DNA of 63,898 nt, filler included, from Octopus bimaculoides (lineage: Eukaryota), in assembly GCF_001194135.2 (NCBI RefSeq). It is 6 parts of 6 records of this genome, joined end to end, with 100 filler letters (N's around TTAATTAATTAA, not from the genome) between each part and the next. Parts side by side here need not be neighbours in the genome. Positions count along the whole stretch, not along the records: positions 1 to 25,203 come from NC_068988.1; 5 more parts are not named here. The stretch is one strand, 5' to 3'. Below the pieces are notes generated by a model. The model saw nothing but the letters and a program-made list of their open reading frames with translations. It was not told the DNA's origin and did not search any database. Below are positions 1 to 12,265 of the stretch, piece by piece; the first letter of the stretch is position 1; each line of letters starts with the position of its first letter. Both the position numbers and the translations under genes were made by a program.

Positions 1-1423
1 TCGGGAGACACACAGATTAAAACAGAGAGGGAGTGAAATTGAATGAGAAAGATTAAAAGAGAGAGAGAGGGTTATTCAAAGCACGAGGAGTTTTAGGGAT
101 TTCTATAGTTTGTACACAGTAAATATATAGAATGGTGGCCAGCTACTTCTAAGACAAGTTTTAGCTTTAAAGTGACTGTGCGAGGAAATACAACTGAAAA
201 CATGGAAATAAGCAGATCAAAGGCAAAATAAGTAGTAAGTGGGAAGCCTGGCTAAAAGACAGAGGAAGACTTACCTGGTCATTCTGTTATGGTCGTATTA
301 ATTCGGCAAAGATTTTAGGAGCAAGTGAAGGAATCGGTCGCGTGTGTTAGTTATATAGCTCCAAACTTGCGCTGGGCAGGAGTTAATCGAAGGGGTTTTA
401 CAATAAAGGAAATCTGGCAATTCTGTCAGTGACTTAGTTGTGAATATGTTCAAGGATTCTACTTATAAAGAGAAGTATATCATTCTAACGATAAGAATAC
501 ACTAGAGATTGTGACGTGTCAACTGCTGCTCAGAACTGAAGTATTTCTTTAAAAGGAAAGCAAATCTTCTTGATGTGGTTCTTGCAATATTAATAACTGT
601 AAGACTTGTAGAAGATGACAGGTAGAATTTAATGTGCCATATTATATGTAATTAAAGGGCCAACCTTCTATTAGGAATCTCTTGAAATACATAACATTTA
701 TGTTTTGATATTATTAAACATTATTTAACTGTTTGAGCTTTATCTTTTACCTGTTTCAGTCTTTGGACTGTGGCAATGCTGGGGCCTTGCCTTGAAGGGT
801 CTTAGTCAAATGAAATGACACCAATACTTAGTTTTTTCAAAGCTTGGTATTTACATCTATTTTTTTTTGTGACAAACAAATTAGCTGTGCAGGTTGTTTG
901 GCAACAGCTGAACACTAATACGTCATCATCAATGGGAGACTCCATCATATATACAGATATATCTATGTCTATGCATTTAAGAAGGGCATCCAGCTGTAGG
1001 AACTCTGCCAGATCAGATTGGAGTCTGGTGCAGCCTTCCGTCAAACCGTCCAACCCATGCCAGCAGTTTAGGATGCTTCTGGTCACTGAAACATGTTCTC
1101 TCAGTGAATGTTTATTGCAAACGTACACGAGTGAATATATGAAACTAGTTTTTTAAACAACAAATGGTTATGGGAGGCAGGGGGTGTTCTACCCTAGTAA
1201 AATGGTAACCAAAGGAGTCCATAGGCAAAAAAATGGTTGAGAACCATTGAGATAAATGTCCACAGAAGATGAGAATCATGTAATGGCTGACTGGAACAGT
1301 TAGATGTGATTTTATTCACTGAATAAAAGCAGGTGTGTGTGTGTGTTTATATTGAGAATAAGAAAAAGCCAAGTCTATACATAAACTATGTTTGTAAATG
1401 ACATTTCTATTTTTTTTTTTCAG

Positions 1424-1557
1424 CAAGTGGTAGTGGTGAGATGGAGACGTCACCAACCCCCGTAGATGTTGCTTGGGGTCACTCTCAGTGCCCACAGTGT
1501 CTGCCTGTGGTAACTGGTAACAGCCTTATCATCCACATCTACTCCCATGAGAAATGA
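1424..1557 (+). CDS. Candidate orphan terminal exon (SGSGEMETSPTPVDVAWGHSQCPQCLPVVTGNSLIIHIYSHEK*)
   Basis: Very strong acceptor (T-rich tract then CAG at 1421-1423), higher GC than flanks, open in phase 1 to TGA. No family recognised. Confidence 0.25.
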
Positions 1558-2150
1558 TGTGCTGGAGGCAGAGGAAAATGAATGTCTTAGATCAATGTTA
1601 TCATAAGCAGTAAGCAAGTCTTATATTTTGACTAATGTTTAGAAGTGTATCGACATCTGAAGAACAAAAACTCATTTTTAATTTTATTGTCTTTTCCATA
1701 AGGTGACCAAATAAGGTGTCATGCTCATGACTAAGATCATAGGCTTCATTCCTGGATTGGACAGTGAATAGTGCTCTTGAGCAAACCACTTCATTTTATG
1801 TTACGTTTGCTCATATGAAAACGAAAACCAGTCAATGTAACTGGCTTATTCCACCCCCCCCCCGCAATTGCTGGCCTTGTGCCACAGTTTGAAACCAATA
1901 TATATTGTCCACAAAATATGTATAATCAAATTTTTATATTTCCTTGAGAAATTTTTTAGTTTATTAAAATGTAAGGAAGAGGCGAATAGAAGAACTTGAT
2001 CACAACAGCAGTTACTGGTGAAACTGCAAGAAGTCCAGCTGAAAGAATGGAGTATCACTGGAAGGAATATTGTGATAAGACATTAACTCAGTATAAGACA
2101 TTAACTCTATATTTTCAGGACATATGTAAGAGGCCAGATCTTTGAACACC

Positions 2151-2436
2151 AGGACTAATGATGCTGTAATTTAGCCCCAGGAGACATCGTCTCCAGCTGG
2201 CTATGACACGATCTGTGTCCTTTATATTTTCGAACAAGGGAATCTAGCAACTCCACTCAACTCAAAACAATATCCGTCTATCACGAAATAACCCAGAAAT
2301 TGTGATACACAGATATTGTTTTGAGCTGAGTTGGGGTGCTAGATTCCCTTGTTTGAAAATATAAGGACACAGATTGTGTCGTATAGCCAGCTGGAGACGA
2401 TGTCTCCTGGGGCTAAATTACAGCAACATTAATCCT
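2151..2436. mobile_element. Foldback / palindromic MITE-like element
   Basis: Arms of about 135 bp. 2163-2204 is the exact reverse complement of 2383-2424 (42 bp). Central loop about 17 nt. Confidence 0.8.
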
Positions 2437-3221
2437 AAACCAGGACTGCCATGTTATGTTGGCAAACACTCTTTACTACAAAGTACTGTCACTGAATATC
2501 TCACATTGTGAGATTAAAAACAGTAATTTTCTAATTTACAAAACAGAATATTTGGGCCAGTTTAAATGCTAAAAGGTCAAAGTATGATTAGGAAAAGAGG
2601 TCATGAAGATATGTCCGAGAATAGGATTCTATCAAGAAACCAATAGAACAACTCATTGAACATAATTCATCACTCACCAACAGAAGGCCAGGCACAAAAG
2701 ATAGATTGTTAGATGAAATGTCATTATTTAGTCACACACTAAATTCAAACTACACCCAACTCGATATTACCTTTTGTGATTGCAATGTCAATAGAGTCAA
2801 CAGTTTTGGTTGAATAACCAAGACCAATGAACGAAATAACAAACCAATCACCTCACTCACTAAAATTTCTGTAGACTGTAAGGAGAGAAAACTTTTTAAT
2901 CAAATTCAATTTATTTACAATTAAAATCAATGATACATTAAATATAAAATAGAATGGAAAATAATGAAGATTAAAATTTTAGGGGACACATCAGCTTTCC
3001 GGATAGAATAGCTATGGATAGGCCTTTTTCTTTTAAAAGCCATCAACTCACACAAATTTACAAACACACACACATGAATGAATAAGTGAGAATCAAGTTA
3101 AGTTAAAATGTCGTCTGTGCTTTATATATAATATTAAATATATTATATTATATGAGGAAGGAAGTTTAACTAAATCGTTTTATATGATGGAAAACTCTTT
3201 TATGCTGCTCAAAACAATATA

Positions 3222-3465
3222 CTATTCGATGTTATCAGTGGCACTTAGAACCGCACGAGGAACATGATTCTCTGAAGATGGATCTGTAAGCATTACTGTC
3301 TCTTCCAATGGTGAAGCCAGGCTATCCTTGGATGGAGACAATGGAGGTGACTCAAGGGCAAGGTCAATATCAATATCAAAACTGATATCCTCTTCTTCAA
3401 TAACTTCTTCACTGACAGCACTGTTGGAAATTTCAGATGAATTATCAGATGTAACTGAGTCGCTT
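3222..3465 (-). CDS. SLBP: SLBP exon 8, acidic Ser-rich C-terminus (SDSVTSDNSSEIS...ATDNIE*)
   Basis: Acceptor ttcttttgttccttttcag|A, phase 2, TAG at 3224-3222. Candidate AATAAA on the minus strand at 2915-2910. Confidence 0.85.
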
Positions 3466-4335
3466 CTGAAAAGGAACAAAAGAACATTTAACAAAATTCT
3501 AAAGATAAAATTTATTTTCAGTTACAGAGATGTACTTGCATAGCAAGTGACCTGATACGAGATCATGTGCAGAAACAAAAACAATTGCAGCACGGAAAGT
3601 GTTTACAAGCCATTTACAAACACAAGAAGCGTTAGATTCACTTCAACATTTAAATTTAATTTGCCAAAATATTTGTCACTTTGAGACTGCGACCTCATCA
3701 CCGACAAAATTCCATGCTGCAGCACAGAATTTTGTCAGCAGTCTCAAAGCAATGAAAATATTTGGCAAATTAAATTTAAATGTTGAAGTGAATCTAACGG
3801 TTCTTGTGTTTGTAAATGGCTTGTAAACACTTTCCACACTGCAATTGGCATTTCCATTCAATATCCTCATCAGTGAACCCTTCAGCATTCAGATTACCGT
3901 CAGTCAAAGACATTAACTCCAGGACTCATTCTATCAGTCTCTTTTGCTGAAGCACTAAGTTAAAGGGATGTAAACACACCAACACTGGTTGCTAAGCAAT
4001 GGTAGTGGGGGACAAATATAGACAAAGACACAAATACACACACGAGCTACTTTCGGTCTCTAACTAGCAAATCCACCCACAAGACATTGATCTGCTGCTG
4101 TTTATTTTTAGAATGACATTGTGGAGTGGGTTTGAGAGGCCAGATCTGATCAGATTAAATGCTCAAGGGTTGAAAGATATCATACAACTTGCTTCAGCAG
4201 TAAACTATTAAGTCAAAATGAAAGGGGGAGGAGGTACCTGTAAGATTTTGCTTTTAGGTGAAAACAAACAACACTGCATGGTTTGGTCACAAAATAGTTA
4301 AGAATTTAGTTATGTACCAAATTTAGAGTACCTAC

Positions 4336-4467
4336 CGTGTTGAACTAGTAATGTTATCAAATTGATGGAGTGCAATACGCCAATTCCTCATCTGTCCATC
4401 CCATGACCTGCGACTACATTTCTGGTACTTATTAGGAGTTTTGGGATGAGTCTTTTTCCGTTTATGC
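4336..4467 (-). CDS. SLBP: SLBP exon 7, second half of the RNA-binding domain ([44 protein letters not shown])
   Basis: Diagnostic HPKTPNK and SRRSWD-Q---W---LH motifs. Acceptor ctttattctttgcag|, donor CG|GTAGGT, 132 nt. Confidence 0.95.
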
Positions 4468-4609
4468 CTGCAAAGAATAAAGAGAAGATGAGCACCCACC
4501 CTTGATGAAATATTACATGTTTTACACAGCATTTGTGAATAATCCTAAGAAAATAAATCTGTAAAATTTGAGAACAAAGAATTATGCTTAAGCGAAATGA
4601 AAATATTAC

Positions 4610-4720
4610 CTTGGAATCACTTTAATGTAATTGTCGTAACCAATTGTGTTCATGCCATAATCAATGTCCTTCTGTCTCCTCATCAGAATGTTTGGATCAC
4701 TTTCAATTTCAGTCGGTTTG
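4610..4720 (-). CDS. SLBP: SLBP exon 6, first half of the RNA-binding domain ([37 protein letters not shown])
   Basis: Aligns with human [32 protein letters not shown]. Acceptor tttttatttttag|, donor AG|GTAATA, 111 nt. Confidence 0.95.
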
Positions 4721-4762
4721 CTAAAAATAAAAATGATAATTCTTACCACCACCACCAACAAC

Positions 4763-5088
4763 AACAAGAGCACAAACCTCTGCCAAGGCAACACCAATGC
4801 CCTCTCAACGATTTTTAAAATGCGAATATCCGAAATAAACTTGACTGCTCTCACAAACAAGAATACTAAAAATGAACCTGACTGCTCTCAAAAATTAAGT
4901 AAAAAAACAGGGAAAATATTCCAGAATCCTTGTCCGGTACCAGATCAATCCCCAAATCTAATCAATTTGTGCCAATCATCCCTGAAATTTTCATCCAAAT
5001 CCATCCAGCGGTTCCCGAGATATCTTGTCCACAGATAAACAAACACAACTGAAAACAATACCTCCACCTTCTCTAAGGTGAAGGTAAT
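4763..5088 (+). mobile_element. Probable non-autonomous Helentron-associated (HINE/DINE-1-like) element in SLBP intron 5
   Basis: Starts AACAAGAG. Ends with hairpin ACCTcCACCTT-ctct-AAGGTGaAGGT then AATAA. The body resembles widespread invertebrate HINEs (recognised from memory). Confidence 0.45.
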
Positions 5089-5091
5089 AAT

Positions 5092-5293
5092 AATAATTCT
5101 TTCTACTATAAGCACAAGACCCAAAATTTTGGAGGAGAAAGCTGGTTGATTACATTGACTCAAATGCATAACTGGTACCTATTTTATTGACCCCGAAATA
5201 ACGAAAAGCAAAGTTTGGTGGAGTTTGAGCACAGAACATAAAGCAGAAAAAAATGCTGCTGAGCATTTTGTCCAGTGACATAACAATTCTGCT
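5092..5293 (-). mobile_element. tRNA-derived SINE family A
   Basis: Homologous to the copies at 20530-20710 and 58017-58217. Confidence 0.7.
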
Positions 5294-5861
5294 TAGCACA
5301 ATGCTGTACTACTACTACTACTAATAATAATACTGATAAAAATAAGACAGACTATAAGAGCTCCAAATAATATCAAAACCCAACCAGAATTCCTAAGAGT
5401 TCTATCATTAGCATTGCTACTAATCATCAACATCTGAAAAATTTAATTGTTTTAACAGCTTGCAACTCAAAGTCCTTAATTACCAACCCATCCACTAAAC
5501 ACTGCCTATAATTATAAATCATCATTGTCAAATAACATCCATGTCCCATACCGGTATGGGTTGGATGGTCGGTTAGCATCTGATATGGTTTCTAGGGCCA
5601 TGAATCTTATATGCCATTCGTGATAACATGACCTCACAAGATAAACACATGCATGCGGAACCTTTCCTCACATTTCATGATTTGAAATTGGTGCCGTCTA
5701 AATTAGGAGGGTGGGGTGGAGAGGAGACATTCCTCCAGCCCACACATCATCTTTATAATGTTCTACACCTGAACTAAATTAATACTCGCATCACATTCAC
5801 TGACTGTAGCTACACTAATCTATTTCCAATAGACATAGCAAATGTCTATAAAATTCGAGCA

Positions 5862-6110
5862 AGGTCGTTGCCAGTGCAGGTGGCACATAAAAGACACCAT
5901 TTTGAGCGTGGCCGTTGCCAGTACCGTGTGACTGGCCCTCGTGCCGGTGGCACGTAAAAGCACCCACTACACTCTCGGAGTGGTTGGCGTTAGGAAGGGC
6001 ATCCAGCTTCAGAAACTAAGATAAGAGACTATAGGACTTGACCCGGCCAGGTCCTTTCAAACCATCCAATCAATGCCAACATGGAAAATGGAAGTTAAAA
6101 ATGATGAGGA
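5862..6110 (+). mobile_element. Repeat family C copy
   Basis: Reverse-complement homolog of 24838-25203, including GTGCCGGTGGCACGTAAAAGCACC. Confidence 0.75.
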
Positions 6111-7149
6111 TACCAAGTTTAGCAAAAACACTGGAAGTGAGAATGAATTTATTCCAGATCTCACCACCATCTCTAGTTTCTTTCCAGCTACTCCCATCCA
6201 CCCTTATATCACATTCCTGATAGCTATGCATCTCCTCTATAGTAAGACACCTCTTGAAATCTGGTATAATCCTGCCCTCTCAAATACCCACCCACCACAT
6301 ACAAAGCCGAGGGGGGCATTCACCTTCTACCTCTTCTTTCATCAGCAAGTTATTTGGCAACCTTACTAGGGCCAGTGTCAAGAAAAGAGCACACAGTACA
6401 CTCGGCAGAGTGGTTGGCATTAATTAGGAAAAGCGTCCAGTTGTAGAAACCATGCCAAAGCAGACATTGAAGTCTGACACAGCCCTGAAGCTCACCAGAT
6501 CTTGTTAAACCATCCAATGATACCAGTATGGAAAACATGAGGTACAGAAAAATCTTTTGTTAGTCCCCTATATCTCTAGTATCAAGACCAAAAAGACGCT
6601 TTCCAAAGCTGTGCCAGCATTTCACCATCATTATCATACATCCTCCTTTTCATGCCGGCATGGGTCAGACGGAATTTGTCGAGGTATATTTTTAACAGCC
6701 AGTTACATTCACTGTCCCCAGCCCTCACCTGTTTCCAAGCAAGTTAATATTTCCTATGAACAGTCAAACCGTCCAGCCCATGCTAGCATGGAAAGCGGAC
6801 GTTAAACGATGATGATAGTATATTTCCGGAATGGCACTGAAGGGTAGTGTGGTAGGCTGGATCTAGATGGTTAGAAAATAAAACAGGTAGCATGCGTAGC
6901 CCAGATATGGCTGGCTTAAATGCTAAAGGATTAACACTTCTTCGTGGCTAATATCATCATCATCATTACTGTCTAACGCCTGTTTTCCAAGCTGTCACTG
7001 TCGTACGAGCAGAACCTTTTATTTTCAATCTTCAGTGAAAACATGCCTGGCTACTGGGAAATATTACCTTACCTGCTTCCACAAATGCCCTCTGACCCAT
7101 GCGAGCATGAGAAAGTGGATGTTAGAACAATTTATCTATATATAAATCT

Positions 7150-7560
7150 TTAATTATAATCTACCTGTGTAATGTTCAAACTGACCAGATCCAGCCTCTC
7201 ACATCACTGCAATCTCAAAACCAGAAGGTAAAACATGATTAATTCAAAACAATGATAAGCATTACATTTTCCAACATTACCCGAATGCTAAAGGGTTAAC
7301 TCTGCTCCCACAGAGCTGACTTGGGGCTAAGCATATCAGGTACGTTATCTCTTTGGCATTCAGATTTGTGTCAATAGTAATGTTTATTCATTTACGATTT
7401 GAACTTGCTATGTATCACCTTGTAACTTTGAGATTTCAATGCGATTGTTTGTTTATTTCTACAATGATACTTTAGGGTTATTGTGAGGTTGGATATGGCC
7501 AGTTTGAAGATAAAACAGGTAGATTATTTTGGCCAGGTACAGTCAGTTTAAACAATTAAA
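7150..7560. mobile_element. Fragments of a TTAA-flanked (piggyBac-type) MITE family
   Basis: Recurrent terminus AATGCTAAAGGG-TTAA at 7284-7299, with variants near 6919-6934, 2564-2580 and 4158-4173. The two fragments here are mutually inverted. Confidence 0.4.
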
Positions 7561-8626
7561 ATGGACCCCCACCCACATCATATTCACGACCCCCAATTCC
7601 CGACGAGTGGTTTGAAAACATCCAATATAAATATCTTCTCTTTGCAGCTCCTACTGATTATTCCTACCCCCACTCTTCTAAATGAGAGCAGCCATTAAGA
7701 ACCTGCTTAGCTTCCACCCTCTTATATCCTAGCATAAAGCACCCCACCTCTCAAGGTTTGTAGTTTCATGAGGTGCAAGGCAACTGCACTCACCAGTGCT
7801 AGAGGAACAAAAAAAACACCCAGTACCCACTGTAAAGCAGTTGGTGTTAAAAAGGCCATCCAACATTAAAAAATCATGCCAAAGCAGACAGCACAATGCT
7901 ATTCTTGGACCTATTGGACTTTCTCAAACCATCCAACCCATGCCAGCATGGAACATGGACATTAAATGATAATGATGGCAATTGCCTTCTCATACATTAT
8001 GTTGCAACATACAACATGGAAATGTAAAATGTAGGTTTTCTTTTGCATCCTTCTATTCTACATACTAATTTATGTTCAGATGTATACACTCATTCTTTTA
8101 CATGTTGCAGTCATTAGATTGCAGCCATGCTGGGGCACTACCCGTAACTGTATCTCAAATATAATGCAACTCCCACTTTTTGCTTGTTAAAAAACTCCTT
8201 GGAAACCTTGCTTCCCAACCACACGATCCTGGGATCAGTCTCACTGTGCAGCATCACGAGTGTCCACGGCCTACAAAATCCTTGAGAGGATTCAATAGTC
8301 AGAAAGTAAAAGGCACCCACCATATAAACCTCTCTCTTTATATGTGTACCTATGCTATAATATCACATGATGTAAATGAGTGACACTGTCACACAAGTGA
8401 AGTTATTCATTTGTAGTCCCCTATGAACAAAAGATGCCTAGCTGTGGGAAAATATTACCATATCTGGAAGCAGGCGAGAGTTAGTGACAAGAAAAACATC
8501 CAGCTGTAGTAAATCCGCTTTGCTAAATCCTATCTGACCCATGCATATAGCTCCCTTATAATCCTCTCATATCTCCACAGATTTAAAATCTCAACAACTT
8601 AATGATTAAAAAAAGAAACCACTTAC

Positions 8627-8674
8627 TCTGTATTCTTTCTTCCTCTCTGATTCAATTCAAGTTTACGGCAATAC
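8627..8674 (-). CDS. SLBP: SLBP exon 5 (YCRKLELNQRGRKNT-D)
   Basis: Acceptor cttttgcttattcaccag|, donor GA|GTAAGT, 48 nt. RYCRKLELN resembles the human RYKRKLLIN cyclin-binding RxL motif. Confidence 0.8.
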
Positions 8675-8775
8675 CTGGTGAATAAGCAAAAGTAAATGAG
8701 TAAACATCAGTATTCTTAGAACAAACCACTCTACAGGGCAATATAAACGAAACAACAAAGGCAGTAATTTATTAC

Positions 8776-8907
8776 CTTTTTAAGTTTTTATGTTCTTGCT
8801 TGGCCCGACATTCGTAATCTTGTAGTTCGCATGTCAAGTCAACCTCAGATTTAGGAGTGGCTCTCTTGGACCACTCAACACCTGTAGTCGCCTGAGCTGG
8901 AGGAGTC
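8776..8907 (-). CDS. SLBP: SLBP exon 4 (TPPAQATTGVEWSKRATPKSEVDLTCELQDYECRAKQEHKNLK-R)
   Basis: Acceptor catttccttgcag|, donor AG|GTAATA, 132 nt, phase 2-2, open. Confidence 0.8.
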
Positions 8908-9269
8908 CTGCAAGGAAATGAAAGTAACAGCAATGTACACTATGTGTGGATTTTGAAGCAGCCACAAAGCTTTGAAGCTCATTTTGCAACCATGTGGCTT
9001 CAGGGTCAGCTTCACTACACAGCTAATGTCTTGTGAATAAACTTGGCAGATGGAAACTGTGTGGAAGCCCATCATGCATGTGTGTGTCTGTCACCCACAA
9101 CTGCCTGACAACCAATGTTGGTGCTTATGTCCCCTGGGACTTAACAGTTTGGCAAAAGAGAAATAATAGAATAAGTACAAGGGTCAATTTATTCTATTAT
9201 TTATTCTAAGGCAGTGAGTGGCCCAGCACGACCACAGTCATGACTGGAAGAAGTAAAAGACAATAGAAA

Positions 9270-9510
9270 GATATATCGGAAACTGCTTCTTGAGAGAAGA
9301 GACATGGTTATGTGAGGGCCTGGAAATATTTAGCGACGGCCAGGAAGACTGAAGGGAAAAGAATAGAGGAAAGAGAAGGATGATGTGGATGTGAAGCTTG
9401 AGGAACTGGTTTGAAGAAAAAGGAATTAAACAGCAGGGAGTGGAACTATTACAGAAAACAAAGAACAGACAATTGTGGGAGGGCACGATCACTTTATGTC
9501 CTACATTCTG
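9270..9510 (+). pseudogene. Highly decayed RTE-like LINE 3' fragment
   Basis: Remnant resembling the G-R-RGRPR-RW C-terminal motif, with stops and frameshifts. Confidence 0.3.
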
Positions 9511-9995
9511 GACAAGGCACCCCCAGAAAAAGAATATGCTTACAACATAAGCATGCACCAGACTTCTGCAACTGTTTTGGCAGGATTTTTACAGCTGGAT
9601 GCCCTTCTTAACACCAACCACTCAGCAGGGAAGGTCAGTTTTGGTAAGGTTTTTACAGCTGGATACCCTTCCAAATGCTATTTCAGAAATGGAACCTGCA
9701 CTGACATTACAAGATTCTTCATTCAGCAATCCACAGAATGCATATGTATAATATTTTTCTATACTACTTATTGTTCAATGGTCCTGCAAGAGACAGGATA
9801 CTATCGCTGGACATTTGGTACAAATATTACACAGCTAGATTCTCTATTTAAGTTATTTGACTGAAACTGAGGAAATAATGCACCAAACCTTATGTTACTG
9901 CTTGGGATTTCATTTAGTAGCCCAGTTGAACCCACTTTAGTTGCTCAGACACAAATGCATTTAAAATACAGAGAAAATAAAATAAAATTTCTCAC

Positions 9996-10076
9996 CATTC
10001 TGGAGTAGTTGGAAGAGGAGGAAATTCATGGGGCTTATAGCGATAACGTCGTTGATGAAACTTTTGATTATTATCT
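9996..10076 (-). CDS. SLBP: SLBP exon 3 (DNNQKFHQRRYRYKPHEFPPLPTTPE-W)
   Basis: Acceptor ttttgtattttacag|, donor TG|GTGAGA, 81 nt. TTPE matches the vertebrate SFTTPE phospho-degron and lies about 70 aa before the RNA-binding domain, as in human SLBP. Confidence 0.8.
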
Positions 10077-12178
10077 CTGTAAAATACAAAAGGTTTAAAA
10101 TTAATACAAAGACCAATGCAAAAATCTCAATATATGAAGGAACAAATAAAAATGAGCAAGAGGAAAAGATGAAATAAAAATATGTAACTCAATCATCAAA
10201 CATAATGGCTGAGTACACCAAGTGGGAAATATAATATGCAGCCTTTGGTTTCATTTAACAGAGTGCAAAGTTGCAAAAATTTGGACAAGGCCTCAAATTT
10301 CTCTCCCCCTTGCTACTAAGGCCATGAAGTAACCATGTTTTTTCTGAGTAGATCCAACACACCATGTTAATATTTCTACGACATAATACAAGCTGGCTCT
10401 TAAAAAGTAGCTAATGCTAAAACTAGAATTGTAACCATCATTCAACATCAGTTTTCCATGCTGGCAAGGTCAGGAGTTGCACCTGCACCAATACCCTTCA
10501 TGGGCAAACATTATTAATATTTACAAGTTTGCATAGAATTGCTAAATCAGATAAACACCCAATTAGATATGGTGACCCTGCCCCTTGCATACATATAGCA
10601 TAAATAATGCAAGACATAACATTCACCCATCTTTCATGGATTTCCCCACTTTGCTGAAGACATTTTCTGCAAGGTTCATTGTACCATTTGCATGGAGATG
10701 GGTATTGAGCAACCAGCTGTAGGAACCATAGCAAAGCTGTTATTGGAGCTTGATGCAGCTCTGCAACTCATCAGATCCTTTCAAACCCCCCAACCTATGC
10801 CGGTATCAAAAACAGGCATTAAATGAATGATGATAGGATTAGGAGAAAGAACTCTAACCTGGAAAACCCCTGGTAGAGGATAGTGGAATGATTCCTTCAT
10901 ACAGGCAGTGAATATGGAAACAAGCTGCCCTGAACCAAACACTTACACTTTGGCAAAGCAGAACCCATGACAGCTACTTACTCTGGGTGTCAACCCATGG
11001 GAAGCAGTGGTGACACTCACACAATGACAGGTAGAAGAACCTTTGTGAGATCATAGGCAGGATCACTAAAATTCAGAAATATATAACTGTTAATGTGTAC
11101 AGACCTAGTAACCATAGACGTATTACACTACAGCTGAGCAAGGCCAACAGGTAGCATTTATTTTTTACCTATAAATAAGCAACAGCATTTTTCTAGCTTA
11201 GCTGCTTCACTGTATATTATATGTTGCTGAATATGCAGAATATACATAGTTTTGTTACTAATGTGAGAATACCTCCCAATATTCTTTCGCTCCCCATAGC
11301 AAACTAACTAACTCACTCAACTCTATAAATTTCTTTCTGAGTTGGTCTAGTATCAAATATATTTGACTTCCTCAGCCTATAACCACTTCCAACCTTGAAA
11401 CATTTAACTACTTCCTTCTGCTTTCTCTAGGTACCTTTCTATGCATCAAAAGGCAGGTAGTGAAAGTCAATTACTTCAGCAAAAATATTTTTACTTTCAT
11501 TCCCTACCCAACAATATCAATAGAGCATACGAAAAAGCTTCAATAGGGTACTAAAAACTGGTAATAGTCTATGCTTCACTTTTGTGCAGTATTGTATTGA
11601 GGGAAGCCAATATTCCTAGAAGGCTGAGTGATAAGATAGGGGCAGCCAATGTGGTTCCTTTACCTGAAGATATGAAGAATAATTTCAACTTAGCAGGATT
11701 TGATATTATTACACAACCCAGCATAGAAAGCAGATGTTCAAAGATGATGATGATACCCTCTCTTATGGTTACCTTCTTGTACATTGAAAATCTTCTCTGG
11801 CACTCCATCACTACCATCTTTATCTTCTTCCCAGCTACTTACCACCTGTCTTTATATTATGTTGGATAGCCATGTATTTCCTCTACGAAGACACGTGTGC
11901 TTGTCCAACTATGATACTTTGGCTTTCTTCACCTGATATAAAACCACCTCCTCTTCAAATACTCCCACCAGTTAGTTGTGAGGTTTTTGTTTTTTACTGT
12001 TCCTTTTATATTCTTGCAAGTTGCTTGGCAATCTCATTAATGCTGGTGGAATAGGGAAAAAAAACAAAACAAAGCAAACACACAGCAGCAGAGACCATGC
12101 CAAATCCTGTCAAACTGTCCGATTCAGGCCAGCTTGGAAACTGGGCATTTAATGTAAGAAACAAAAAGCAAAACAGAC

Positions 12179-12265
12179 CTTGAGTTATGTCCTCCACAGA
12201 CCTCGTCTCTTCTGAGTGGACTACGTAATGGACTGGAATTCTCACTCATTTGTCTTCGATCATCT
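12179..12265 (-). CDS. SLBP: SLBP exon 2 (DDRRQMSENSSPLRSPLRRDEVCGGHNS-R)
   Basis: Acceptor tcttcattgtttcag|A, donor AG|GTCTGT, 87 nt, phase 2-2, open and in frame with exon 3. Confidence 0.6.

Noticed and set aside
269-278. ACTTACCTGG (also 43161-43170) resembling the U1 snRNA 5' end
   Set aside because: No U1 body follows. It is simply the reverse complement of a splice donor.
3021-3045. Histone stem-loop-like GGCCTTTTTCTTTTAAAAGCCATCA within the SLBP 3' UTR span
   Set aside because: Antisense to SLBP mRNA, and needs a 5-nt deletion plus a mismatch to fit GGYYYTTTTHARRRCC.
4721-4860. Hydrophobic transmembrane-like N-terminus of ORF 4606-4860
   Set aside because: Intronic read-through of (GTT)n/(GGT)n and a mobile element. 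The exon starts at 4720.
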